Shown one piece after another: positions 50,008 through 61,200 of a DNA stretch of 64,000 bases (the stretch's first letter is position 1; each line of letters opens with the position of its first letter). Both the position numbers and the translations under genes were made by a program. The stretch covers positions 192,001 to 256,000 of the forward strand of contig CAXXXF010000018.1 in the NCBI GenBank assembly GCA_963667175.2, written 5' to 3'. A model generated the notes under the pieces. That model had not been told where the DNA came from. It made no database searches and worked only from the letters and a program-made list of their open reading frames with translations. Origin of the DNA: Candidatus Latescibacterota bacterium (GTDB lineage Bacteria > Latescibacterota > UBA2968 > GCA-2709665).

Positions 50008-50397
50008 CTAAGATTGTTCCGGAGAGGATGCCTCAGCGAGTGCGGGATCTTCTTCAATCCGTTCGGACGGGGCGTCGCCCCAGAGGCGCTCGAGGCGGTA
50101 GAACGCGCGTGCCCTGGGCTGGAAGACGTGTACGACCACGTCGATATAGTCGAACAGAACCCAGGTGCGTGATTCCTGACCCTCGATATGCCAGGGTCGA
50201 TGGCCCGCCGCTTTCGTTCCTTCCTGCAACGCGTCTGCCAGGGCTCTAACGTGTACGTCGGAATTGCCCGTGCAGATGAGAAAGTAGTCCGCGACGTCGG
50301 AGACCGTGCGCAGATCGATCAGGAGAAGGTCTTCGCCCTTCCGGGACTGAAGGCATTCGATGCAGAGATCCAGGACTTCGCGTATCTGATCGGACAA
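50008..50397 (-). CDS. rsfS: ribosome silencing factor
   Basis: DYFLICTGNS..HVRAL, WVLFDYIDVVVHVF, RAFYRLERLW. Confidence 0.95.
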   Translation of the reverse strand: MSDQIREVLDLCIECLQSRKGEDLLLIDLRTVSDVADYFLICTGNSDVHVRALADALQEGTKAAGHRPWHIEGQESRTWVLFDYIDVVVHVFQPRARAFYRLERLWGDAPSERIEEDPALAEASSPEQS

Positions 50398-50439
50398 GGC
50401 GGTTCCGTTCCGAGACGGGGTTGATTGAAGGGCTTATCT

Positions 50440-50970
50440 TCAATGGATGGGTCGCTGCGGACCCGGTCGCTGCCGATCGGGGGGGAAGAAGCGCAGGCGG
50501 TCGTAATCCCTGCCGATGATGACCGCGACCTGCTCGATGCGATATGGGTCGTGGACGATTTGCTGAATATGCGTGCGCAGTCCCATTGCGCTTGCCACCC
50601 TGCGTGCGTTTTCAAGGTTGCCCGTCCTGTCGATGACCATGGTTTCGGGATAATTGAAGCTATCCGCATTCTTCCACGTCATCACGTCGAAGCCCGCTCC
50701 CCTCAGATAACGCCCCACCTTTTCCGCGACGCCGGAAACGCCGCATCCGTTGAGTACCTCGATGCGGATTCGCCGCATCGAATCCGGACCTACTTTTGCA
50801 ACAGGCTCCGGTTTCGGTACGGCGAGCGTTTCCGGCGCCGGCGCCGCGGGGGGTTCAGGCATTGGATCGACGGAAGGGGGCTCCGGCGGCAGCCGTCGCC
50901 GGACGTCCAGGACGGCGATCGCTGCAAAGGTCAAAACCGCCAGAGCGGTCAGGACGATTTTTCGTGACAT
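50440..50970 (-). CDS. LytR C-terminal domain membrane protein
   Basis: N-terminal TM helix, Pro-rich linker, IEVLNGCGVSGVA, VIIGRD. Confidence 0.85.
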   Translation of the reverse strand: MSRKIVLTALAVLTFAAIAVLDVRRRLPPEPPSVDPMPEPPAAPAPETLAVPKPEPVAKVGPDSMRRIRIEVLNGCGVSGVAEKVGRYLRGAGFDVMTWKNADSFNYPETMVIDRTGNLENARRVASAMGLRTHIQQIVHDPYRIEQVAVIIGRDYDRLRFFPPDRQRPGPQRPIH

Positions 50971-51049
50971 CTGCTATGCCGGAAAAGCGGAACGGGACAC
51001 TGTCCGGACCAAGTGTCCCGCATATATGGAAGTTACATGGAGGCGAACA

Positions 51050-51526
51050 TCAATATCGATATCGGCTTCTATGTCTATAATAGGGCGAGTTGCTCAGCTG
51101 AATTTCGATTTGAATGTTCTCCCTGGGCTGGTAGAACATGCCTACGTACGGAATGACAAGCTTCGTGCTGTTGCCCAGTGCGGATCCGAACGCGGAATTC
51201 CCTTGGAGAACGTGTTCGAGGCCGACCTGTGCCTCGATCAACAGGGGCTTTGTTGTATTTGCGCGGTAACTGATGGTATTCAGATAGTATTGGCTTGCGC
51301 CGCCAAAGGCGCCGGAACGGAAGTTGAATCCGACCGTGTTCCTGAACGAAAGCCGACCGGACTCGAACAGGCCCTTGAATTTCTCGCCCAGTCCGAGGGG
51401 TTCAGGCGAAAAGTCGATTGTCTTCAGGTTGGGGGATTTCGCCGGCTGAGGTTGAGACTGCTGTTCAGCCGACGCCGAAGAGACCGCAAGGAACAGGGTC
51501 GCCAGCAAATACGTAACCATTCTCAT
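51050..51526 (-). CDS. hypothetical exported protein
   Basis: AGGAGG RBS, signal peptide ending ASA, beta-strand-rich sequence. Confidence 0.65.
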   Translation of the reverse strand: MRMVTYLLATLFLAVSSASAEQQSQPQPAKSPNLKTIDFSPEPLGLGEKFKGLFESGRLSFRNTVGFNFRSGAFGGASQYYLNTISYRANTTKPLLIEAQVGLEHVLQGNSAFGSALGNSTKLVIPYVGMFYQPRENIQIEIQLSNSPYYRHRSRYRY

Positions 51527-51581
51527 CGGTTCGTCCTCCTGCATTCCCGGCCTGTAAGTTCGTATTCCATTACTGTGACAG

Positions 51582-51610
51582 AGAATACGACAATGAAACT
51601 CGTTTGTCAA
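51582..51610 (-). promoter_or_regulatory. sigma70-type promoter
   Basis: TTGACA-N17-TATTCT. Confidence 0.6.
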
Positions 51611-51808
51611 GCCCTATAGGCATCATTCGGCACGCCACACATTGGACGTTCGAGCGGCGGATTTCGTTCCATAATCCATCCGCCGGCGCCGTGGCGCCGA
51701 TGAATGGCCGTGTTTTCGAACTGCCGCCTGCCGCTTGAAGATCCGCGGGGCCGCCCTGCGGAACGATTCGCCGGAATGACGTCGGGCGGGTCGATTATCA
51801 ACGGTCTC

Positions 51809-52930
51809 TTATGCCGTTTCCATCAGTTCCACAAAACGATCAAAGAGGTATTCCGCATCGTGCGGTCCTGCGGACGCTTCCGGGTGGTATTGTACGCAGA
51901 AGATGGGCAGGCGCCTGTGCCTCAACCCTTCCAGGGTATTGTCGTTCAGATTGACGTGGGTGACTTCCACCTCCCGGTCGTCCAGCGAATCCGCGTCCAC
52001 GGCGAACCCGTGGTTCTGGGACGTGATTTCCACCTTGCCGGTATCCAGCTCTCTGACGGGCTGGTTTGCGCCGCGGTGCCCGAATTTCAGTTTGTACGTC
52101 CGCCCGCCAAGGGCCAGCCCCAGCAGCTGATGGCCGAGGCAGATGCCGAAGGTGGGCCTGGCGTGCATGAGTTTTCGGATGTTCTCCACCGCGTAGGCCA
52201 GCGGCGCCGGATCGCCGGGTCCGTTCGAAAGGAAGATTCCGTCCGGGTCGATTTCGAGCAGCTGATCCGCCGGGGCGTCCGCAGGAAAGACCGTGACTTC
52301 GCAGCCGCGGCTGACGAGGTACCGGAGGATGTTCCGCTTGACGCCGAAATCGTAAACGGCCACCCGGAATCGGATGTTTTCGCCGTGCGTTTCCGCCAGA
52401 CCTTTCTCATAGACGAACAAGCTCTCCGACCAGCGGTAGGGTTCGCTGCAACTGGCCGCGCCGGCAAGGTCCCGCCCCGCCATGCCCGGCGCATTCCGCG
52501 CCTTTACGACCAGGCTGTCCCGGTCCGCGTCCTGGGTGGACAGGACACTTTTCATCGCGCCTTCTGTGCGGATGCGCCGCGTGAGCGCCCGCGTGTCGAC
52601 GCCCTGTATACCCAGAATGCCATGGCGTTTCAGGTAGTTGCCGAGGGATTCGCTCGAACGCCAGTTACTGGGCAGTTCACAGTATTCCCTGACCACGAAA
52701 CCTTCCACCTGGGGCCGCCCGGATTCGACGTCGATCGGATTGACGCCGTAGTTGCCAATGAGCGGGTAGGTCATCGTGACAATCTGGCCCCTGTAGGAAG
52801 GGTCGGTGAGGATTTCCTGGTATCCCGTGATGCTGGTATTGAAGACGACCTCGCCCTCGCGTTCACCGGACGCGCCGAAGGATTCTCCTTCGTAACAGGT
52901 GCCGTCTTCCAGGGCAAGTATGGCTTTCAT
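51809..52930 (-). CDS. carA: carbamoyl-phosphate synthase small subunit
   Basis: [40 protein letters not shown]. Confidence 0.98.
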   Translation of the reverse strand: MKAILALEDGTCYEGESFGASGEREGEVVFNTSITGYQEILTDPSYRGQIVTMTYPLIGNYGVNPIDVESGRPQVEGFVVREYCELPSNWRSSESLGNYLKRHGILGIQGVDTRALTRRIRTEGAMKSVLSTQDADRDSLVVKARNAPGMAGRDLAGAASCSEPYRWSESLFVYEKGLAETHGENIRFRVAVYDFGVKRNILRYLVSRGCEVTVFPADAPADQLLEIDPDGIFLSNGPGDPAPLAYAVENIRKLMHARPTFGICLGHQLLGLALGGRTYKLKFGHRGANQPVRELDTGKVEITSQNHGFAVDADSLDDREVEVTHVNLNDNTLEGLRHRRLPIFCVQYHPEASAGPHDAEYLFDRFVELMETA

Positions 52931-53012
52931 GTACGGGTGTGACTCCTGCCGGATGATTGTTGGTGTATTCTTTGAAGCGTTGGGGTTTACGGCCCCGCGT
53001 CTTCAGCGTAGA

Positions 53013-54332
53013 CTACGCGCGATCGTGCGGACCGCATCCGTCGTCGGGAGTCCTGTGGGTCGCGCGTCCCCCGAGAATCGTCAGTACGGCCCTGCCGGTG
53101 AGGGTGCGCCCATGAAAGGGCGTGTTCCGGGACCTGGAACGGAATGCGTTCGCGTCGACGGTCCAGGTGCGCGCCGGGTCAATAACCGTAACGTCTGCCG
53201 GCGCGCCTGGGGACAGGGCGCCGCCGGGGATCCCCAGGATCCGGGCGGGTGTTACCGTTAATTTGCGAATCGTTTCGGACGCCGAAAGGATGCCGGTCTC
53301 CACAAGGTGGGTAAAAAAAGTCCCCACGGCGGTTTCCAGCCCCACGATACCGTTGGGCGCATCGGGAAATCGCAGGAGTTTTTCCGAAACGGTGTGCGGC
53401 GCGTGGTCCGTGGCAAGAGCGTCTATGGTTCCGTCGGCCAGGCCGTCCAGCAGGGCGTCGCGATCGTCGGCCGAACGCAGGGGAGGGCTCATCTTGCCCT
53501 GGGCGCCGTAAACGCGCACGTCTTCGTCCGTAAGCGCGACGTGGTGGGGCATGGCTTCGCAGGTTACGGCCAGCCCCTCGGACTTTGCCCGTCGCACGAG
53601 ATCCACCGCGCGTCGAACGCTGACGTGGAGGATATGCAGGCGCCCGCCTGTCGAGCGCGCCAGGTCGATGTCCCGCTCGACCATGGCGGCCTCGCCTTCG
53701 GCAGGCATGCCCTTGATCCCCAGATTGCGGGAAACGTCGCCTTCGTGCATGTGTCCGCCCCTTGTGAGCGCGAACACCTCGGAATGCGGGCAGACCGGAA
53801 ATCCGTGCCGTTCAGACAGGCACATAAGATCGCGCATGACGGCTTCGGACTCTATCGGCAGACCGTCGTCCGAGAATCCCACGGCGCCGGCTTCCAGCAG
53901 GGCCTCGACGTCCGTGAGTTCTCCGCCCAGCATCCCTTTCGTCGCGCAGGCGATCGGGTAGACCCGGGCATCCGCATGCTCGGCTTTGTTTTGGATGGTT
54001 TCGACGACGTCCGGAGAATCGATTGGCGGGTCGGTATTGGGGAGGCACGCAACGGCTGTAAAGCCGCCGGCAGCGGCGGCGCGGCATCCGGTTTCCACGG
54101 TTTCCTTCTCGGGAAACCCCGGATCCCGCAGGTGAACGTGCATGTCGATGAGTCCCGGGACGACCAGGTTTCCGGAGACGTCTATAACGTCCGCGTCCGC
54201 AGGGGGTTCGATTCCTTTGGCAATACGGTCGATCCGGCCATGCCGGATCAGAAGGTCCGACGGCGAATCGATCGCGTTGGCGGGATCGATGACCCGTCCG
54301 TTCTTGAGGAGAATTGGTGTGGCCGGGCTCAT
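53013..54332 (-). CDS. pyrC: dihydroorotase
   Basis: IDMHVHLRDPG, AAAGGFT, PNT, HILHVS, MSPPLR, ATDHAPH. Confidence 0.94.
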   Translation of the reverse strand: MSPATPILLKNGRVIDPANAIDSPSDLLIRHGRIDRIAKGIEPPADADVIDVSGNLVVPGLIDMHVHLRDPGFPEKETVETGCRAAAAGGFTAVACLPNTDPPIDSPDVVETIQNKAEHADARVYPIACATKGMLGGELTDVEALLEAGAVGFSDDGLPIESEAVMRDLMCLSERHGFPVCPHSEVFALTRGGHMHEGDVSRNLGIKGMPAEGEAAMVERDIDLARSTGGRLHILHVSVRRAVDLVRRAKSEGLAVTCEAMPHHVALTDEDVRVYGAQGKMSPPLRSADDRDALLDGLADGTIDALATDHAPHTVSEKLLRFPDAPNGIVGLETAVGTFFTHLVETGILSASETIRKLTVTPARILGIPGGALSPGAPADVTVIDPARTWTVDANAFRSRSRNTPFHGRTLTGRAVLTILGGRATHRTPDDGCGPHDRA

Positions 54333-54370
54333 TAGGAAACGGGGGTGCGGCGGTCGGAATTTTTGTTGCA

Positions 54371-54399
54371 AAGTTACCGGCGGCAGCCATTTCTGTCAA
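54371..54399 (-). promoter_or_regulatory. sigma70-type promoter for pyrC-carA
   Basis: TTGACA-N17-TAACTT. Confidence 0.6.
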
Positions 54400-54504
54400 G
54401 CGGATTCCGCAAAAACAAGCGGATCGGCTTCCCCCGCTTGCTGATTCGCTTGCGCGTGCGTATCTTTGCAGGAAATCGGCTTCGGAATCGAATGGAGGTT
54501 CACC

Positions 54505-55632
54505 ATGTTTTCGGAAATCCTTATCGCATTGATCCTTACAGCGGTGATGCCGGGTCCGGCGGCCGCCTCGTCTGAAGGAGGCGTTCCGGGCGTGTCCTAC
54601 GATGCAATACCCGGACCTGAAGATCTGAAAATCGCGGCGGACGAGGACGAAGTCTTCCTGAATGGGGTGCTGAAGCGCATCTTCCCTGAAGGAACCGGAG
54701 GGTTGACGGACGAACAGAAGGGGATCGCGATCCTGCGTTACGCGTCATCGGCGCTCGAACTGAAAAACAACGGGGGGACCGCCACGAAGATCATCAGGGA
54801 GGGCTACGCGATCTGCGGCGGGTTGTCGCACGTGCATCGGGTTCTCTGCCGGATGGTCGGGCTGCCGTCCCGGTATATCGGCGCCTTCAATCTCCGTCCG
54901 ATCATGGGCAGCCACGCCATCAGCGAGGTGTACTACGGCGGGAAATGGCATCTGCTGGACCCGACGTTCGGTATCTTCTTCTATTCGAAGAAGCAGTATG
55001 ACGGCGCCGGTGAGATTCCGTCATTCCACGATCTGGTGACGTCGCCGGGCCGGTGGACCGCGTTCAAGGTGGTGGAGAGGCCGTGGATTGGCCGGTACGA
55101 CGAATCGGTGCGGTCCTTTGGGGTTGCTCCAGTAGAGGCAGACTACCTGAAGGACGTGTACCGAACTCCGATTATGAACCTCTATCGAAAGTACGTGGAC
55201 GAGACGTTTCCGATCGCCTACGGACACCGCGATCCGGTGTCCTACCCGGTCGACGCGGACCTGAGAGAAGGGGAAGAATTCCGCGTGGGCGGCGTGGACG
55301 CGAACGCCGGCGACGTGCTGAGGATGGTGAAGAACGGAACCGGGTACGTGGGCGGGCACTATCTCGGCGGGAACTATCCGCCGGGGTTCCATACATGGAC
55401 GATCCGGACGCCGGGGCCATGTCGTCTGCGGATCGAGTATTTCAGCACCCGGGACGACCCGCCCGGCCTCGAGCCGTCTCCGTTGAAGGCGGCACGAATC
55501 GTTTCGGTTCAGAAGGAGGAAAGAAGGGTCGTCATCGACCTTCAGGCGATCGGTCCGGAGGTCATTGTGGCGGTCCATTGCCCCGGAGGCGCCTTTGCGG
55601 TGGATGCCTTTCGGGCTGCGCGAATTCGCTGA
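54505..55632 (+). CDS. exported transglutaminase-like (Cys-His-Asp) protein
   Basis: GGAGG RBS, signal peptide, GYAICGG, SHAISEVY, WHLLDPT. Confidence 0.78.
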   Translation: MFSEILIALILTAVMPGPAAASSEGGVPGVSYDAIPGPEDLKIAADEDEVFLNGVLKRIFPEGTGGLTDEQKGIAILRYASSALELKNNGGTATKIIREGYAICGGLSHVHRVLCRMVGLPSRYIGAFNLRPIMGSHAISEVYYGGKWHLLDPTFGIFFYSKKQYDGAGEIPSFHDLVTSPGRWTAFKVVERPWIGRYDESVRSFGVAPVEADYLKDVYRTPIMNLYRKYVDETFPIAYGHRDPVSYPVDADLREGEEFRVGGVDANAGDVLRMVKNGTGYVGGHYLGGNYPPGFHTWTIRTPGPCRLRIEYFSTRDDPPGLEPSPLKAARIVSVQKEERRVVIDLQAIGPEVIVAVHCPGGAFAVDAFRAARIR

Positions 55633-55678
55633 CCGGTCCGGCCACGGCATTCTTATCTTATCAGAATGGAGTCGCATT

Positions 55679-58192
55679 ATGATCCAGGTTCTGCGCGAGG
55701 AGCACCCCCGGCTGTATTGTCCTGCCGACGATCCGCAATTCCGGTTCGAACCGCCGGCGGATGCAGGGCGAAAACGCATTCTTGATAACATTATCGCGGA
55801 TTGCGAGCTCTACTATCCCCAACGGCCGTGGAAGCGGATTCCCGAGCGGGCCGACAGCCCCCATCCGTATCATCAGCTGTATCTCACGTTCTATACGGGA
55901 ATGCATGCCTCCGCACTGATGGAGCACTACGCGTTCGCGTGGCGGCTGACCGGCGATCCGCGCTGGCTGAAACGGGCGCGAGACTGGTTGCGGGCGGCGG
56001 CGGAATGGGAACACAGCGACCGGGTTGAGCAGCATTTCTATACGGCGAACCGGTATATGCAGGCTCTTGCGCTGGCGCTGGACCTGCTCGACGATGTATT
56101 GCCGGATGAGGAGAAAGAACGGGCGACCGTGTGCCTTGTCGGACTGATGAACAGATGGTGGCCGGACGTTGAGCGATCCAGGAACTCGTCCGATGGACGA
56201 CACCACGCCGTGGTCGACAACGGGCACTTCGGCGTCGCCGCGCTGCACCTGCTGGGAAAACACCCGGACGCCGAAGCCTGGGCGTCTGCCGTCGTCGACC
56301 GGTTCCGGAACGGGGTGATGCCCCACGGTTGCGGGCGGGACGGCGAGCCCGGAGACGGGCCCTCGTTCTGGCCGTGGGAGAACCTGTGGATGCTGCACTT
56401 CGCCGACGCGCTGAAAAACGTGACCGGCGAAGACCTCTACCGGGAGTTTCCGAAGCGGCTGGAACGCCCCCTGAAGTGGTTTCGATATCATCTGGCGCCG
56501 CCCGAGGTGATCGAAGACAGATTGTACTATCCCGAAAACTCGAACGTGATTTCCGGGAGCCAGCTCGATGCCTGTTCGGTCACCCTGCTGCGGCTGGCGC
56601 AGGAGGCGGGCGACGCCGGGTTGCGGGACGTCGCGCTGAGCGACCCGAGATTAGGAAGACTCTACCGGTTCGGCATGGGTGTGACGGGGACGTCGGCAGA
56701 GTGTATGGTGGCCTACGGCCCGTACGCCTACTGTTATTGCGATCCTGGGTTCCGGCCGTTGCGGCGTCGTACGGTTCCACTGCCGCTCTCCAGGACGTTC
56801 CTCCGTGCGCACTACGGGGAAGTGGGCATGCTCCGGACCTCGTGGGACCGGAGCGCCGTCGTCGCCTGCGTGGCCGGATACAAGGGCGGGGGCGCGCACG
56901 GCTTCATGAACCTTCACGCGCAGTGGGCCGGATTTCCGGTGTTGCGGTCGATATCCGCCGAGGAGGCGCAGCCCGTGGCCTGCGGGAGCCTTCCCGTGGT
57001 GGGCGGGCAGAACGAGATCGTCGCCTTTCTGAGGCGGCTGAATGGTGAGGCCCGGTTCGACCGGTTGCGGGTCAGGTCCATCCGAACGGACCATGAATAC
57101 TGGCTGCTGAAGGGCGCGTCCCCGGTCCTGGTGACCGCTCTGAGACGCCGGCGCCGCGGGGTGAAGCTGATGCGCAAACGGGATGAAGGCTTCGCTCGAT
57201 TGAACGGACGGGACTATCTGCAGTACGAACGCGAGCCCTGCTTCAATCCCAGGGCCGGTGAATTGAGGATGCGTTTCCGGCTGAACGGCGAGGTCCCGAA
57301 TGACGGTCCGAAGGTCCTGTTCAACACCGGCATCGGCGTTGGCCGGGTCATGGGAAGCCGGGTGAACAACTACTCGCTGGCGATCATGGACGGACACGCG
57401 TTGACGTTTGTCGTACAGAGCCAGCGGAACACCTCGGTGGAGGCGGTGTCGCCGGTGAAGATCGAATCCGACAGGTGGCACGACGTCGCGATTCGATGGG
57501 GCGGTTTCAATCGAAAGGGCGACCATCCGTTTATCGAGATCGAAGTGGACGGCAGGCGAGACCGGTGCGACGATCCCGCGGTCTTCGGGGAACTGGGGGT
57601 GGATTCGCAGAACCTGGAGTCGCGTTCGGAACCCCGGACGTTCTATATCAAGTCGAATACCGTGCTGGCCTTCGGCGCCGCCGTGCAGATGCCGGGTACC
57701 GCGTTGAAATGCGACTTCGCCCTGGTGGACCTGAAATGTCCCGGGCGCAGGCGGTTGCGTCTGGACTTCGAGACCGACATGGGGCCGGAAACCGGAAGCG
57801 GCGCGCTTGAATGGAAACTGAATCCGGTGGACCTGCGCGAAATCGACTCCAACCTGGCGCGGCTCGGCGCGGGGGAGCGGACGATCGACGTGCTGCCGCT
57901 CTATGGTGACGACGTCCGTTTCGGAAGGGAAGAGGTCCCGTTCGCGCCCGCGGGCCTCGCGGCGGGAAGCCTGAAGAGCTTCGTCAAAGGCTCGCGGGGA
58001 CCGAACACGCGCGTACGTCTGTCCACGCCCGACGACGTCCTGGTTTTCGCCTTCACGGAGCACAATGCGAACACGCGCGTGACGCAGAACGAAGACGGGT
58101 TCGAGTTTGAAGTCGGGACGGAACGGTACGCGTTCGACGTGAACAGGACGGGGGAGGAGATCCTGACGCTGAAACGCGACGGGACGGCCTGA
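55679..58192 (+). CDS. heparinase II/III-like or alginate-lyase-like protein with a LamG-like beta-sandwich
   Basis: EHPRLY start, AFAWRLTGDPRWL helical toroid, DGEPGDGPSFW, GMLRTSW; later RWHDVAIRW...IEVDG. Confidence 0.55.
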   Translation: MIQVLREEHPRLYCPADDPQFRFEPPADAGRKRILDNIIADCELYYPQRPWKRIPERADSPHPYHQLYLTFYTGMHASALMEHYAFAWRLTGDPRWLKRARDWLRAAAEWEHSDRVEQHFYTANRYMQALALALDLLDDVLPDEEKERATVCLVGLMNRWWPDVERSRNSSDGRHHAVVDNGHFGVAALHLLGKHPDAEAWASAVVDRFRNGVMPHGCGRDGEPGDGPSFWPWENLWMLHFADALKNVTGEDLYREFPKRLERPLKWFRYHLAPPEVIEDRLYYPENSNVISGSQLDACSVTLLRLAQEAGDAGLRDVALSDPRLGRLYRFGMGVTGTSAECMVAYGPYAYCYCDPGFRPLRRRTVPLPLSRTFLRAHYGEVGMLRTSWDRSAVVACVAGYKGGGAHGFMNLHAQWAGFPVLRSISAEEAQPVACGSLPVVGGQNEIVAFLRRLNGEARFDRLRVRSIRTDHEYWLLKGASPVLVTALRRRRRGVKLMRKRDEGFARLNGRDYLQYEREPCFNPRAGELRMRFRLNGEVPNDGPKVLFNTGIGVGRVMGSRVNNYSLAIMDGHALTFVVQSQRNTSVEAVSPVKIESDRWHDVAIRWGGFNRKGDHPFIEIEVDGRRDRCDDPAVFGELGVDSQNLESRSEPRTFYIKSNTVLAFGAAVQMPGTALKCDFALVDLKCPGRRRLRLDFETDMGPETGSGALEWKLNPVDLREIDSNLARLGAGERTIDVLPLYGDDVRFGREEVPFAPAGLAAGSLKSFVKGSRGPNTRVRLSTPDDVLVFAFTEHNANTRVTQNEDGFEFEVGTERYAFDVNRTGEEILTLKRDGTA

Positions 58193-58294
58193 CGAAGGTG
58201 TCGACAGTCTGTTTTTGTTGGATTGAGAGCGGTATCGTACTTACGAGGCAGCGGCTCGCCTTCAGTGGCAACAGCGCTTACGAGATTCGCGAGA

Positions 58295-61200
58295 ATGGAT
58301 TCAGGAATTCCCCATCGAGTTGCATCGATCGACCTCGAGGTCGACAGGCAGAACGGCCGCATCCGCGCATTCGCCGCCGTTCGCTCCGACCGGGATCAAA
58401 CGCTGATCTTCAACCGCGGGAATCTCGCAACGGCATTGCGGGATCTCGACGATTTCATCAACGGCGTCGACTTCCTTCTCGGCCATAACCTGATGGGCTT
58501 CGACCTGCCGCATCTGGCCGCGGCGAAATCAAGCCTCCGACTGCTGAGGCTGCCCGCGGTGGATACTCTGAAACTGAACCCCCTCGCGTTTCCCCGGAAC
58601 CCCTATCACTGCCTCGTCAAGCACTATCAGGACCCGCAGCTCAAACAGGGGCGATTGAACGACCCGGAACTGGACGCGCGCCTCGCGCTGGAACTCTTCC
58701 GCGACCAGTGTGACGCGTTGGAAGCCGTCGGCGGGGACAACCCGGAACTGCTCCTCGCGTGGCATTGGCTCGCCACGGCATCGGGTGACAGGGCGAAATC
58801 CGACGCCTTTTCGGAGAACGAAAGGATCGGCTGCAGCGGGTTTTTCCGTGCCTTGCGCCGGTCTCATCGACCGTCAGGCATCGAGGCCCGTACCGCCATT
58901 CGCGGCCTGCTGAAAGGCAATGCCTGTGAGAATCACGGTCAGGACGTGGAACAGAATGTCGACCACGGTGACTGGCCCCTGGCCTATGCCCTCGCGTGGC
59001 TGTCGGTGGCCGGCGGAAACTCGGTGATGCCTCCCTGGGTTCGGCATCAGTTCCCTGAAGCGGGGCGGTTCGTCCGCCGGTTGAGGGACAAGCCCTGTGG
59101 TCGGCAGGACTGCGAATGGTGCGGCGAGCGGCACGATCCACGCAAGGAACTCAATCGCTGGTTTGGCTTTGACCACTTCAGACCGGAGCCGGCAGGCGCG
59201 GACGGTCGACCGATGCAGCAGTCCATCTGCGAGGCCGCGATGGCCGGTGACCATGTACTTGGAATCCTGCCGACGGGTACCGGCAAGTCGCTTTGCTATC
59301 AGATCCCTGCCCTCTCCCGTTACGACAAAACCGGCGCTTTGACCGTGGTGATTTCGCCGCTTGTCGCGCTCATGGCGGACCAGGTTGCAGGTCTGGAGGC
59401 GAGTGGAATCACCTCGTGTGTGGCGATCAACGGGTTGCTTTCGATGCCCGAGCGCGCCGACGCCCTGGACCGGGTGCGACTCGGGGACGCGGCGATTGTG
59501 CTCGTTTCCCCCGAGCAACTCCGCAGTCAATCCTTCCGTCGCGTACTGGACCAGCGCGAAATCGGCGCCTGGGTGCTGGACGAGGCCCACTGTCTATCCA
59601 GGTGGGGGCACGACTTCCGTTCCGATTACCGCTATATAGGACGGTTCATCCGTGAGAAGGCCGGACAGGAGTCAATCCCTCCGTTGATATGCCTGACGGC
59701 GACCGCAAAGCCCGACGTCGTTGCGGACGTCCGACAGCATTTCCAGGATGAATTGGGGATTCAGTTAAGGGTATTCGACGGCGGGGCCCAGCGCACGAAT
59801 CTGGATTTCGTTGTCGTACAGACAACCGAACCGGAGAAATTCGCCCACGTCCACCAGATACTGATGGCGGACCTTCCACCGGAGACGCCCGGGGGCGCCA
59901 TCGTCTATTGCGCGACCCAACGCCAGACAGAAGAGGCTGCACAGTTCCTGCAGCTTAAGGAAGTCGAGGCCGAGCATTTTCACGCGGGGTTGTCCCCTGA
60001 AACGAAGAAGGACGTGCAGCAACGATTCATCGGCAGCGAGTTGCGGGTGATCACGGCCACCAATGCCTTCGGCATGGGCATCGACAAGCCGGACGTGCGC
60101 CTGGTGATCCACGCCGACATTCCCGGATCGCTGGAGAACTACATGCAGGAGGCCGGCCGCGCCGGTCGGGACCGGAAGACCGCGCGATGTGTTCTGCTAT
60201 ATACCGCGGACGACGTGGAACGGCAGTTCGGCATGTCGGCGCGTTCGCGACTGACCCGGCGGGAGATCCACGGCGTCCTGAGGGCGCTCCGCAATCTGGA
60301 TCGGAAGAAGCGACTCGGCGGCGAGGTTGTCGCGACCTCAGGTGAGATCCTTGGTGAAGACGACGAATTGGTCTTCGAACGGGACTCCGCCACGGACGAT
60401 ACCCGCGTGCGGACCGCCGTCTCCTGGCTTGAAGAATCCGTATTGTTGTCCCGGGAGGAAAATCGGGTACAGATATTTCCCTCGTCTCTGAGGGTAGACA
60501 CGGTGAAGGAAGCAAGTGCAAGATTCCAGAGGCGAAGAATTACTGAGGGATATCGACGGCAACTGCTGAGAATCGTCGAGGCGCTCATCGATGCGAACCC
60601 CGACGAAGGCATCTCCACGGACGAACTGATGGGTGTTGCCGGGTTGAGTCCCGAAGGTGTACGCGGCGCCATGTTCGATCTCGAGCGGCTCGGAATTGCC
60701 ACGAACGATACGGCATTGACCGCCTTCGTCCACGCTGGCGTAATCAACCACTCACGCAAGAGATTCGAAGTGGCGGAGGAGCTGGAAGTCGCCTTGATCG
60801 CGCACATGCGTGAGGCGGCGCCCGATATGTACAAGGGTGACAGTTCGACTCTGCATCTGCGTGTCGCCTCACAGAAACTGCGAGACGCGGACGTGGTCGA
60901 TCCCCTGCCCGAACGACTGTGGCGCATTCTCCGCAGTATCGCCGCCGATGGGCGCGGCGAAGGGGGTGACGCGGGAAGTCTCGGTATTCGGCGGCGGGAC
61001 GGCGAAACGGTGCACGTCGAATTAAGGCGCGAGTGGTCGGACCTGCAGGAACTCGCGTCCCGACGGCGAGAGGGCGCGAAGCGCCTGCTGGATCATTTGC
61101 TGGCCAGTCTGCCGCCCGGGAGCCGCGGCACCGACCTGCTCGCGGAGACCACCCTCGGCAAGCTATTGGATGCCATCACTTGCGACATCGTCTTGAAGAG

